Source: Candidatus Eiseniibacteriota bacterium (lineage in GTDB: Bacteria; Eisenbacteria; RBG-16-71-46; CAIMUX01; VGJL01). From it: 64,000 nt of DNA. Every line of letters starts with the position of its first letter. Within the stretch, counting starts at the first letter, position 1. Below the pieces are notes generated by a model, which was not told the origin of the DNA, ran no database searches, and saw only the letters and a list, made by a program, of their open reading frames with translations. Positions 26,812 through 41,145 of the stretch are shown here, one piece after another. Made by a program: the position numbers and the translations under genes. The stretch covers positions 15,900 through 79,899 of the forward strand of contig JBHGAY010000023.1 in assembly GCA_041946735.1 (NCBI GenBank), given 5' to 3'.

Positions 26812-29351
26812 GATCCGGCCGGCAGGAGCGAGGGCGGGGAGCGGCTCCTTCTTTCCCGCTCCTCGCCCTCCTCCTCCTTCTCGTCCTCGTCCTCGTCTTC
26901 GGTGGACTCGTCGTCGCGCCGCGGATCGTTCCGCTCCCGAGCGAGCTGACCGCCGACCCTCCGTCCTCCGTCGTGCTGCTCGATCGTGGCGGTGGTCTGC
27001 TCGAGGAGCGGCGAGCGCCGGACGGCGACGCGCGCCTCGCCGTCCCGCTCGGAGGGATCGATCCCCTCTTGCGCCGTGCCACGCTCGCCGCCGAGGACCG
27101 CCGCTTCTTCCGCCACGTCGGTGTCGATCCGCTCGCGCTGGGCCGCGCCGTCGTGCGCTCGATCGCGCGCGGCGCGGCCGTGCAAGGCGCGTCGACGATC
27201 TCCATGCAGACCGTCCGGCTCGCGCGCGGCCGCCCGCACGGAGCCATGGCACGAGGCGTCGAGGTGTTCTGGAGCCTCGCGCTCGACGCGCAGTGGGGGA
27301 AGGATCGCATCCTCGAGGCGTACCTGAACCGCGCGCCCTACGGCCCGCGCGTGACCGGCGCCGGCGCCGCCTCGCGCCGCTACTTCGGCAAGCCTCCGGC
27401 GCATCTCTCGCTCGCCGAGGCCGCGCTTCTCGCCGCGATGCCGCGCGCTCCGAGCCGGCTGGATCCGCTGCGTCACCCGGAACGGGCGCAGGGGGCTCGC
27501 GACGCCGTGATCGCGCGGATGCTCCGGCTCGGGTGGGTCAGCGAGAGCGACGCGCAGCGCGCCCGCTCCACCCCGATCGATCTCGTCTCGGCCGCCAGCG
27601 GGGCGGCGGCAGAAACGGCCGCGCATCACTTCGCCGAGGTCGTCCTCGTGGACCTCGCGGGCGCCCCGGCCGCCGCCCGGGTCCGGACGACCCTCGATCC
27701 GGCCCTCCAGGCGGCCGCGGAAAGCGCGTTGCGCGCGCGGATCGAGGCGCTGCGCGAGCGCCACGCGAGCAGTGGGGCCGTCGTCGTCCTCGACACGCGA
27801 AGCGGCGAGCTGCTCGCGCTCGTCGGCTCCCCCGACTTCGCTTCGAAGAACGCGGGACAGTGGAACGCGGCGCTGGCTCCACGCCAGCCGGGCAGCGCGG
27901 TGAAGCCGTTTGCCTATGCCGCCGCCTTCTCGAGCGGTCTCCGCCCGAGCACGGTGCTCGCCGACGTCCCGGCTTCCTACCGTGGCCCGGACGGCGTCTT
28001 CGCACCGCGCAACTACGCGCAGCGATTCTCCGGACCGATTCCGGCTCGTGAGGCGCTCGCGAACTCCTACAACGTGCCGACGGTCGAGGTGATCGCCCGC
28101 ACGGGGATCGACCGGGTGGCGGCGGTGTTCCGCGCGTTCGGGCTCTCCTGCCCGGAGCCGGAGCGGCTCGGCCTCGGGATCGGGCTCGGCGTGGGCGAGA
28201 CGTCGCTCCTCGATCTGGCGGCCGCCTACGCGACGCTCGCGCGCGGTGGCGAGCGGATCGCGCCGCGGACGATCCTCGAAGCGCGCGATGCGGCGGGCCG
28301 TCCGCTGCCGCTCGACGAGCCACCGCCCGAGCGGGCGATCGATCCCATCTCCTGCGCCTGGGTGAACGAGATCCTGTCCGACCCCGCCGCGCGCGCCGCG
28401 GCCTTCGAGCGCGGAGGTCCTCTCGAGATGGAAGGGCGCCCGATGGCGGGAAAGACGGGGACCTCGTCGGACTGGCGCGACGCATGGGCCGTCCTGTATA
28501 CGACCCGCCACACGGTCGCCGTCTGGATGGGCAATCCCGACGGCTCGCCGATGGACGAAGTGGTCGGCGTCGCCGGCCCGGCGGTCGTGGCGCGCGACAT
28601 CCTGGAGCGGCTGGAGAGCCGGGAGCCGTCGCCGGCGTTCCCCGTCCCGCAGGGGATCGAGCGGCGCGCCGTCTGCCCGCTCTCTGGAAGGGCCGCGGGC
28701 AAGGACTGCCCGCAGGCGGACTGGGAACCGTTCCGCTCGAGCGATCCGCCGCTCGGCCCCTGCGACGTGCACCGGGGCCTCCGCGTCGACGCCGCGACGG
28801 GGCTTCTGGCGCGTCCCTGCACGCCCGCCTCGCGCATCCACAGGATGGTGTTCGTCGATCTCCCGCCTCGCTTCGCGCTCTGGCGCGCGGACGAGGCGCG
28901 GCCGGCGCCGCCCGCGGAAGCGACGCCCTGCCTCTGCGGCTCGCCCGCCTGTCGCCCGCTCGACGCGCCCGCGCTCGGCGGCGACGGTCGTGACGGTGAT
29001 GGCAACGTCGACGGCGATGGCTGGGGTTTCGCGATCCTCCGCCCGATCGAAGGGACGATCCTCGTGATCGACCCTACCCTTCCGCCGAGCCAGCAACAGC
29101 TCGCCCTCGAGGCGGCGATGCCGCCCGGGGAGCGCGTGGAGTGGCGCGTCGACGGCGCGCGGGTGGCGACGACCGGCCCCGGCGAGCGGGCGTTCTGGCC
29201 GCTCGCCGCCGGAGACCACCAGATCGAGGCGCGCGCGCTCCGCCCCCCGGGCGGCGCCGGGCGCTCCTCCCGGTTCTCCGGTCCGCCCTTCCGCGACGTC
29301 CGGACCGTCCGCGTCCTGGCTGGAGGGGAGCGATCGGGGATTCTCCCCTAG
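26808..29351 (+). CDS. pbpC: Penicillin-binding protein 1C
   Basis: ATGA overlap with A2M; transglycosylase EDRRF and GASTISMQ; transpeptidase SAVK, SYN, KTG; C-terminal Ig-like domain. Confidence 0.93.
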   Translation: MRSGRQERGRGAAPSFPLLALLLLLVLVLVFGGLVVAPRIVPLPSELTADPPSSVVLLDRGGGLLEERRAPDGDARLAVPLGGIDPLLRRATLAAEDRRFFRHVGVDPLALGRAVVRSIARGAAVQGASTISMQTVRLARGRPHGAMARGVEVFWSLALDAQWGKDRILEAYLNRAPYGPRVTGAGAASRRYFGKPPAHLSLAEAALLAAMPRAPSRLDPLRHPERAQGARDAVIARMLRLGWVSESDAQRARSTPIDLVSAASGAAAETAAHHFAEVVLVDLAGAPAAARVRTTLDPALQAAAESALRARIEALRERHASSGAVVVLDTRSGELLALVGSPDFASKNAGQWNAALAPRQPGSAVKPFAYAAAFSSGLRPSTVLADVPASYRGPDGVFAPRNYAQRFSGPIPAREALANSYNVPTVEVIARTGIDRVAAVFRAFGLSCPEPERLGLGIGLGVGETSLLDLAAAYATLARGGERIAPRTILEARDAAGRPLPLDEPPPERAIDPISCAWVNEILSDPAARAAAFERGGPLEMEGRPMAGKTGTSSDWRDAWAVLYTTRHTVAVWMGNPDGSPMDEVVGVAGPAVVARDILERLESREPSPAFPVPQGIERRAVCPLSGRAAGKDCPQADWEPFRSSDPPLGPCDVHRGLRVDAATGLLARPCTPASRIHRMVFVDLPPRFALWRADEARPAPPAEATPCLCGSPACRPLDAPALGGDGRDGDGNVDGDGWGFAILRPIEGTILVIDPTLPPSQQQLALEAAMPPGERVEWRVDGARVATTGPGERAFWPLAAGDHQIEARALRPPGGAGRSSRFSGPPFRDVRTVRVLAGGERSGILP

Positions 29352-29607
29352 CCCGCTGTCTCCTCCTCTCCCCTAACCGGTTGTCTCCTCCCCGATAACG
29401 CCGGTCCTTCTCTCCCTCGCGCCTCAAGATGGCGCCTCCCACGTCCGATCTGTGGAAGGAGCGCGAAAAGCGCCCTGCGCGCGCGTGACGGACGGCGTAC
29501 GCGGAGGTCGTGGAGCTTGGATGCGCAACGGTCCGCTCGAGGACCGCGCTGGCCGCTCGAAAGCCGGGAGCAGCGGACGGGCGGCGCGATCGTTCCCTCG
29601 GGGGAGG

Positions 29608-34770
<5,163 letters not shown>

Positions 34771-34928
34771 GACATCGACAGCCCCGCCGCGGCGCGGACA
34801 CGCACGAGTCTCGCGCCGCTGCGGCTGTCTGAAGAGAGCGCCGGGGCGGGCCCATCGCCCCGGCGATTCCGTTCTTCCCGACAGGACAGCCCGCTGGACA
34901 GATCCTCGTTCGATGGGCGGCCGGGCGA

Positions 34929-34937
34929 TGGTAGAAT
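34929..34937 (+). promoter_or_regulatory. Putative extended -10 promoter (TGG-TAGAAT)
   Basis: TGn-TAGAAT about 70 nt upstream of ATG 35007. Confidence 0.45.
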
Positions 34938-35006
34938 TCCTCCGCGTCTCCTAATGGAGTCCGGCTCTGCCTCGAGCGACTTCGATTGAGAAAGGCGGTA
35001 CTGGAA

Positions 35007-35978
35007 ATGGGTCGCGTGATTGGTCCGCATCTCCTGCGGCTCCTCGTCCTCTCGCTGTTCCTGACCGCGGTCGCTTGGCCGGCCCTGGCCGCCGCTCCCG
35101 TACTCGGCAGGCCGGGCTCCGGCATCGATCCTTACCATCCCGCCCTCCCGCGCGAAGTCGTCTGGCAGCAAGACCCGAACGTGGCCGGATACGTCTTCAC
35201 CTCCGAGGAGTTTCCCGACTTCCATTCGGAGACGGCCAACGACTTCGTCCTTCCGCAAGCCGCCACCGTCCGATCGGTGACCTGGTGGGGCGGCTTCTTC
35301 AACGGCCCGCCGCACGTGGAACTGGCGGGCTTCTGGTTCCGCTGGTTCCGGGACGGCGGCGGCTGCGCCCCCGCGGAGATGATTCGCGAAGAGCTGATCC
35401 TCGGTGATTGCGAGGAAAGCCAAATTCCCGGCTCGGAGATCTACGCCTACCGCGCCGACGTCTCGCCCGTCGACCTCGAGGGCGGGGTTCGCTACTGGCT
35501 CGTCATCCAGGCGCGCAACTGGTACTTCCCTCCCCAGTGGGGACGGGTCGCCGCCCTGGCGGTCGAGGAATGCGAAAGCGTTTTCCGATGCCCCGAGGCC
35601 GGATATCCCGACTGGACCGTCGTCTCCTCGGTCATCGGTGAACCGTACGACGCTTCCTTCGCCCTCTCCACCGATTCGGACGCGGAGGCCTGCTGCTGGG
35701 GCGAGGGGTTCTGCTCGATGGTCCCGCCCGAAGACTGCACGCTCCAATATGGCGGCACTCCTCAGGGACCCGGCAGCAGCTGCGTCCCGAACGCCTGCCC
35801 TCCGCCGCCGATCGGAGCGTGCTGCCTCGGCGAGGATTGCCAGGTGATGACCGAGGGCGGCTGCTGGATGGCAGAAGGCGACTTCCAGGGGCCGGACACC
35901 GACTGCGATCCGAATCCCTGCATCGTGATCGCGGTCGAGGAGAAGAGCTGGGGCAACGTGAAAGCGATGTTCCGCTAG
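35007..35978 (+). CDS. Secreted protein with two Cys-rich repeats and SWG C-terminal tail
   Basis: Signal peptide; ETANDF..VTWWGG domain; two ACC..C..C..G.(F/P)QGP...C.PN.C repeats; ends AVEEKSWGNVKAMFR. Confidence 0.82.
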   Translation: MGRVIGPHLLRLLVLSLFLTAVAWPALAAAPVLGRPGSGIDPYHPALPREVVWQQDPNVAGYVFTSEEFPDFHSETANDFVLPQAATVRSVTWWGGFFNGPPHVELAGFWFRWFRDGGGCAPAEMIREELILGDCEESQIPGSEIYAYRADVSPVDLEGGVRYWLVIQARNWYFPPQWGRVAALAVEECESVFRCPEAGYPDWTVVSSVIGEPYDASFALSTDSDAEACCWGEGFCSMVPPEDCTLQYGGTPQGPGSSCVPNACPPPPIGACCLGEDCQVMTEGGCWMAEGDFQGPDTDCDPNPCIVIAVEEKSWGNVKAMFR

Positions 35979-36012
35979 ATCCCTCTCCGCGCGCCGGTCC
36001 CTTGCGTGCGTG

Positions 36013-37803
36013 TCAGCGGGAGGGCAGGACGATCGCCTCGCCCCGGGCCGATCGCGACCCGCGGCTTCGGACCTCGAGGACATAGCGTCCCGGCGCGAGC
36101 CGGCTCGCGTCCCACGACACGGTCGCCGTTCCTTCCCGGAGACTTGCGGGCCCGACACGCCCGACCTGCCGCCCATCGATGGAGAACAGCTCGACCCAGA
36201 TGGGAACCGCGTCGTCAGCGTGGCGGCCACCGTCCGGTAGCGTGATCGTCACGCGCGCTCCGCTCCTCGGATCCACCGGATTCGGGACCACGCGGATCGT
36301 CCCGGAGTCAGCGCCGTCGAGCACTTCTGCTTGCTGCGCGGGCGGCTCCGGCGCCGCGGCCGCCACGCCCGCCTGGAAGAAGACGAAAAGCGAGTCTGCG
36401 TTCTCGTCGACGACCGAGAGGTCGAGGTCGCCATCTCCATCCAGGTCGTGCGCCCAGGTATAGGAGCCGGATTGGGCGACCGGCAGCGTGGTCGCGTAGG
36501 CGAGCAGCCCGTTCCCCGGATTGCGAAACAGATCGACCGTCCCGCCCGCATAGTTCGAGGAGGTCGCATCCACGTCGCCGTCGCCGTCGAGGTCGGCGAC
36601 GAAGACGCCGAGCGGAAAGGCTCCCGTCGAGACGAGATGGGAGGTCCCGAAGCCGCCCGATCCGTCGTTGAAGAGGACGATCAACCGGTTCGCGTACGAG
36701 GCGACGGAAGCGAGATCGAAGTCTCCGTCTCCATCGAAGTCGTTTCCGTTCAGGCACCACGGCCCGTTCGCCATCGCCCAGGTTCCGGTGCGCGCGAAGA
36801 CGCCTCCGCCTTGGTTCGTGAGGACCGTCAGGCTGTCGGCATCCTGGCAGGCGACAGCGATGTCGAGGCGCCCGTCCGGATCGAGGAGCCCGGTGCGGAT
36901 CGCAAACGGGCCGGCCGAAACGGCCGTGATCGGCGGCAGTGGGACGAATGTGCCATCTCCATTGTTGAGGTAGACATGGACCCGGTTCTGGCCTCGCGAC
37001 GTTGCGCAGAGATCGACATCATTGTCCCCGTCGAAGTCGCCGCCATGGATCTGCCTGCACTGGCCGCCGGCCGGGTAGTTCGTCGCCGGCGCAAAGGTAC
37101 CGTCGCCGTGGTTCAGGAGAACGGAGACATTCCCCGATTGTATGTTGGCGGTCGCGAGGTCCTGATCCCCGTCGTTGTCGAAATCCTCTCCGAAGATCGA
37201 CGAGGGCACCTGCCCCACCGCGTATTCCTGACGCAGCGGGAACGATCCGTCGCCGCCCGTATTCCGGAAGATCGAGACGTCGTGCGTCCCCTCGTTGGGA
37301 GCCGCTACGTCCGGGCTTCCATCACCGTCCAGGTCGCCGCCGTAGATGAAGTACGGGACGTCGGAGGCTCCCCAGCCTTGCCGGTCCTGCCAGGCGAACG
37401 TCCCGGCGCCCGAGGCGATCGTGAAGGCGCTCGTGTAGCCGCCTGTGAGACTGTCGCCGGTCACGCTCGCGATGTCGTTGCGATAGTTCACAACAACCAT
37501 CTCGCCACGCAGGAAGGGACGCAGACCGTTATGGAAGGTGACGGCATCGTCCACGACCGTGACCGTCCCGTCGTGCAGGCCCGACATCGTTCCGGAGACT
37601 CGCACGGCGCCGGGCGGCACCGATGCCACAGGCGCGGAGAAGATCGCCTGGATTTCTGTCAGGTACGATGGAACGGCGAGCGCATACCGGGCCGGGGTGA
37701 CCGATTGAACCTGCAGGACGGCGGACGCGGGGATCGGCAGCGCGAGACCGACCAGCCCGGCGGCCGTCGGAGCGAGCATGGCGAGCTTCGTCGCGAGTTT
37801 CAT
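36013..37803 (-). CDS. Secreted Ig-like + FG-GAP/VCBS repeat protein with T9SS-like C-terminal domain
   Basis: Signal peptide; seven D(L/F)DGDG-type repeats; tail VPNP..LFSIDGRQV..WDASRLAPGRYVL. Confidence 0.88.
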   Translation of the reverse strand: MKLATKLAMLAPTAAGLVGLALPIPASAVLQVQSVTPARYALAVPSYLTEIQAIFSAPVASVPPGAVRVSGTMSGLHDGTVTVVDDAVTFHNGLRPFLRGEMVVVNYRNDIASVTGDSLTGGYTSAFTIASGAGTFAWQDRQGWGASDVPYFIYGGDLDGDGSPDVAAPNEGTHDVSIFRNTGGDGSFPLRQEYAVGQVPSSIFGEDFDNDGDQDLATANIQSGNVSVLLNHGDGTFAPATNYPAGGQCRQIHGGDFDGDNDVDLCATSRGQNRVHVYLNNGDGTFVPLPPITAVSAGPFAIRTGLLDPDGRLDIAVACQDADSLTVLTNQGGGVFARTGTWAMANGPWCLNGNDFDGDGDFDLASVASYANRLIVLFNDGSGGFGTSHLVSTGAFPLGVFVADLDGDGDVDATSSNYAGGTVDLFRNPGNGLLAYATTLPVAQSGSYTWAHDLDGDGDLDLSVVDENADSLFVFFQAGVAAAAPEPPAQQAEVLDGADSGTIRVVPNPVDPRSGARVTITLPDGGRHADDAVPIWVELFSIDGRQVGRVGPASLREGTATVSWDASRLAPGRYVLEVRSRGSRSARGEAIVLPSR

Positions 37804-37942
37804 GCGTTCCTCCGTTCCAGCGGCCACCTTCCTCAGGAACGAAGGAGGATATCAGCGCAGACCTCGGGAGGCGCGGGAGAAGCTTCGTTCGCCCCCTGCC
37901 GACGCCCGGTCCAACCATCCGGCTGTTTGCGGTCTCTGGACG

Positions 37943-38458
37943 CTACGCGGTCTGCCCAGCCCGCATCGCTTCGCCTCTCCGCTCCGATCGACCGGCGCGA
38001 AGCGCATCGAGACTCCATGGCCCGGGACCCGCCGCCGACAGGTAGAGCCACACGAAGCAATAGAGGATCGCCGGCTGCCCGTTGTTGATGATCGGCCAGA
38101 ACGAGACCGGCGCGTGGAACTGGAAATAGGCGACCGCCATCTCGCCGGCCAGGACGAACGCGACGGGACGCGTGAACAGCCCGAAGAGCAGGAGCAGCCC
38201 GCCTGCGAACTCGAGGATTCCCCCCGCCCCCGTCTGTGTGAGCAGGCGGGCAGTGGCGTTGTCGGGCGGCATCCCGATCGGAAAGGCGAAGAGCTTCATC
38301 GTCCCCGCCGTCACGAACATGAAGGCTGCGACGATTCGAAGCAGGCTTCGGATCTGCGGTGCCCAGGTCGCCCACCTCGCGGTAAGCGTCATGGTGCCGT
38401 TCGCCACTTCGTCCTGGACGCCGCCTCGGGGAACGGTGCCGTGTGGAGTGGTTCCCAT
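37943..38458 (-). CDS. DoxX family membrane protein
   Basis: LLRIVAAFMF..GTMKLF, LEFAGGLLLLFGLFTR, GEMAVAYFQFH, GPGPWSLD; AGGAGG SD. Confidence 0.93.
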   Translation of the reverse strand: MGTTPHGTVPRGGVQDEVANGTMTLTARWATWAPQIRSLLRIVAAFMFVTAGTMKLFAFPIGMPPDNATARLLTQTGAGGILEFAGGLLLLFGLFTRPVAFVLAGEMAVAYFQFHAPVSFWPIINNGQPAILYCFVWLYLSAAGPGPWSLDALRAGRSERRGEAMRAGQTA

Positions 38459-38699
38459 CGCTTTCTCCTCCTTCTCGTGCGGCCGCCTTCACATCTAGCT
38501 TCTTGCCTTGACGACGATCTGCCTAGGCTGGGATCGACAGGCGGCGCCGAGCCGGGTCTCGTGCCGGGTGGAGGCTCGCGCCAGGTCGCGGGGCACGACG
38601 AAATCCGCTATCCTCAGCGGGCCCGATCCGAGGAGCGGGAGCTCGGAGCTCGGGGCCCGGATCGAGAGGGATGGACCGAATCGAAGAGGAGGCGCCGCC

Positions 38700-39542
38700 A
38701 TGCGTTGGACTTCCGGTCGACGGAGCACGAACGTCGAGGACCGCCGCGGTCGGGGAACCGGACTGGCGATCGGTGGAGGCATCACCACGCTGATCGCGCT
38801 CGCGGTCGCGCTCCTGTTCGGCGCCGACCCCAGGGCGCTGCTGGAACAGGTCACGACGAGCGAGACGAGCCAGGGGGAGTACCAGGCGAGCCCGCAGGAG
38901 CAGCAGCTCGCCGACTTCGTCTCCGTCGTCCTCGGCAGCACCGAGGACGTGTGGAAGCAGCTGTTCCAGGAGTCCGGAATGAGCTATCAGGACCCGATCC
39001 TGGTCCTCTTCACCGATCAGGTGCAGTCCGCTTGCGGGATCGCGGGAGCGGCGGTCGGCCCTTTCTATTGCTCCGAGGATCACCGGCTCTACATCGACCT
39101 CGGTTTCTACGACGAGTTGCGCGAACGTTTCGGCGCGCCGGGCGACTTCGCGCAGGCCTACGTGATCGCGCACGAGGTCGGGCACCATGTGCAGAACCTC
39201 CTCGGAACGCTGAACGAAGTACACAACGCACAGCAGCAGGCGAGAAGCGAGCGTGAGGCGAACGCGCTCTCCGTCCGCCTCGAGCTGCAAGCGGACTATC
39301 TGGCCGGAGTCTGGGCGCATTACGCGCAGCAAGAGGGACTGCTCGAACCCGGAGACATCGAAGAGGCGCTGAACGCGGCGAGCGCGATCGGCGACGACCG
39401 GCTCCAGCGCGAGATGCAGGGGCGGATCGTGCCGGACAGCTTCACGCACGGCACCTCGGCCCAGCGGGTCGAGTGGTTCCGCCGCGGGCTCCAGTCCGGA
39501 GACCCGGGCGGCGGCGACACGTTCGACGCGCCGGATCTGTGA
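38700..39542 (+). CDS. YpfJ-like neutral zinc metallopeptidase
   Basis: MRWTSGRRSTNVEDRRG start, GPFYC, HEVGHHVQ, LELQAD, SFTHGTSAQR; GAGGAGG SD. Confidence 0.93.
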   Translation: MRWTSGRRSTNVEDRRGRGTGLAIGGGITTLIALAVALLFGADPRALLEQVTTSETSQGEYQASPQEQQLADFVSVVLGSTEDVWKQLFQESGMSYQDPILVLFTDQVQSACGIAGAAVGPFYCSEDHRLYIDLGFYDELRERFGAPGDFAQAYVIAHEVGHHVQNLLGTLNEVHNAQQQARSEREANALSVRLELQADYLAGVWAHYAQQEGLLEPGDIEEALNAASAIGDDRLQREMQGRIVPDSFTHGTSAQRVEWFRRGLQSGDPGGGDTFDAPDL

Positions 39543-39666
39543 GATCGGCCTGAGGAGAAGGTCCGCGGCCTGCGAGGTCGCAGCCGGCGAGGTCGCGGCC
39601 GCTTGGACCGAGCGGCGGATCCTCGACGGCGAGGCCCCCGCCCTTCGGATCGAGGCTTCGTCTACG

Positions 39667-39695
39667 TTGCCAACTCCCAACCGCTCGTATAGTCT
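39667..39695 (+). promoter_or_regulatory. Putative sigma-70 promoter TTGCCA-N17-TAGTCT
   Basis: -35 at 39667-39672, -10 at 39690-39695 (overlapping TATAGT), upstream of the leader ORF. Confidence 0.5.
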
Positions 39696-39781
39696 GCCCC
39701 GTTCCCCGGCGCCACACCGGCGACCGGGGCCCATCGACTTCGCCTCCCCGCACAAGGGGAAAGGAGAACGAAGGTTCGCAG

Positions 39782-39889
39782 ATGAATCGCAGGACCTGAA
39801 ACCGCCGACGGCCTGAGGGACTCAGGCCTGGCCGTCGAGCGATCCTTCGCGCGCCCGCGGAGGTCCGGAGCGCTTCCACGTTCTTCTGA
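39782..39889 (+). CDS. Putative selenocysteine-containing leader peptide MNRRT-U-NRRRPEGLRPGRRAILRAPAEVRSASTFF (35 aa)
   Basis: AAGGAG and GAAGGT upstream; ATG 39782; TGA 39797-39799 followed by a SECIS-like hairpin; next in-frame stop 39887-39889. Confidence 0.55.
39800..39837 (+). promoter_or_regulatory. Putative bacterial SECIS element in leader ORF
   Basis: 11 nt after UGA: GCCTGAG-GGA-CTCAGGC (39811-39817/39821-39827), loop G at +19; lower stem CGAC/GTCG possible. Confidence 0.6.
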
Positions 39890-39900
39890 TCGCTCCTCCG

Positions 39901-39941
39901 CCTCCTCCCGTCACGCGAAGACTCGCTGGACCGGGAGGAGG
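39901..39941 (+). promoter_or_regulatory. Shine-Dalgarno-sequestering hairpin
   Basis: CCTCCTCCCG (39901-39910) is the exact reverse complement of CGGGAGGAGG (39932-39941), which contains the SD of the TTG start at 39946. Confidence 0.7.
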
Positions 39942-39945
39942 AACG

Positions 39946-41106
39946 TTGATCGAATCCCACGACACCGAACCGAGTGGCCGCTTCCGTTTTGAAGACCATC
40001 ACGAGACGCTCGAGCGCATCGCCGTCGACGTCACGGCGCGACATGCGCCCGAAGTCGACGCGACCGCGACCTTTCCCTCCGCCTCGATCGATGCCCTCGC
40101 CGCCGCCCGCCTTCTCGGGATGGTGAGCGCCCCTGAGGTCGGCGGGCTCGGAGGCGGCATTGCCGGCGCGGCGGCCGTCGTCCGCCGCCTCGCGCGCGAA
40201 TGTCCCTCCACGGCGATGGTCGTCACGATGCACTACTGCGGCACCGCCGTCCTCGAGCAGCACGCGGACGAGGCGACGCGCCGCCAAGCAGCGTCCGGCC
40301 GCCACCTTTCGACCCTCGCCTTCTCGGAAGCGGGATCGCGTAGCCACTTCTGGGCCCCTACCAGCACGGCCCGGCGCACGAAAGACGCGATCGAGCTCGA
40401 CGCGCGGAAGAGCTGGGTCACTTCGGCCCATCACGCGAGCGCCTACGTCTGGTCGAGCCGTCCGGTCGAGGCGGATGGAGCGAGCACGCTCTGGCTCGTG
40501 CCCGCGACCGCGCCGGGACTCGAAGCGCCCGAGCGCTTCCAGGGCCTCGGCCTTCGAGGGAACGACTCGACGCCGGTCACGGCGAAGGGGGTGCGCGTGC
40601 CGGAGTCGGCGAGGCTCGGCGAGGACGGGCAGGGCTTCAGCATCATGATGCAGACGGTGCTGCCGATCTTCGACGTGCTGATCTCCGCCTGCTCGGTGGG
40701 GATCATGGAAGCAACGACGTCACGCGCTGCGGCGCACGCGTCGGGCCAGCGCTACGAGCACATGGAGGCGGCCCTCGCCGACCTTCCGACGATCCGGGCG
40801 TACCTCGCGCGGATGCGGGTGAAGACCGACCAGGCGGCGACGCTTCTCGAGGACACGATCGCCGCCCTCACGCACGGCCGCGAGGACACGATGCTGCGCG
40901 TGCTCGAATCCAAGGCGGCGGCCGGCGAGCTTTCCCTCGAGGTCGTCGCGCTCGGCATGCGGGTCTGCGGCGGAGCCGCCTACCGCAAGGACCTCGGCAT
41001 CGAGCGCTTCTTCCGCGACGCGCAGGCGGCGAACGTCATGGCTCCGACCACCGACGCTCTCTACGACTTCATCGGCAAGGCGATCTGCGGGATGCCGCTG
41101 TTCTAG
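39946..41106 (+). CDS. Acyl-CoA dehydrogenase-fold flavoprotein (atypical)
   Basis: PEVGGLG, LAFSEAGS, KSWVTS, LGLRGNDS, CGGAAY..IERFFRDA; the usual C-terminal YEGT-type Glu is replaced (VMAPT). Confidence 0.92.
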   Translation: MIESHDTEPSGRFRFEDHHETLERIAVDVTARHAPEVDATATFPSASIDALAAARLLGMVSAPEVGGLGGGIAGAAAVVRRLARECPSTAMVVTMHYCGTAVLEQHADEATRRQAASGRHLSTLAFSEAGSRSHFWAPTSTARRTKDAIELDARKSWVTSAHHASAYVWSSRPVEADGASTLWLVPATAPGLEAPERFQGLGLRGNDSTPVTAKGVRVPESARLGEDGQGFSIMMQTVLPIFDVLISACSVGIMEATTSRAAAHASGQRYEHMEAALADLPTIRAYLARMRVKTDQAATLLEDTIAALTHGREDTMLRVLESKAAAGELSLEVVALGMRVCGGAAYRKDLGIERFFRDAQAANVMAPTTDALYDFIGKAICGMPLF

Positions 41107-41145
41107 CGGCTGCGTCGAGTCGCGGACCACGAGAAAGGAACGACG

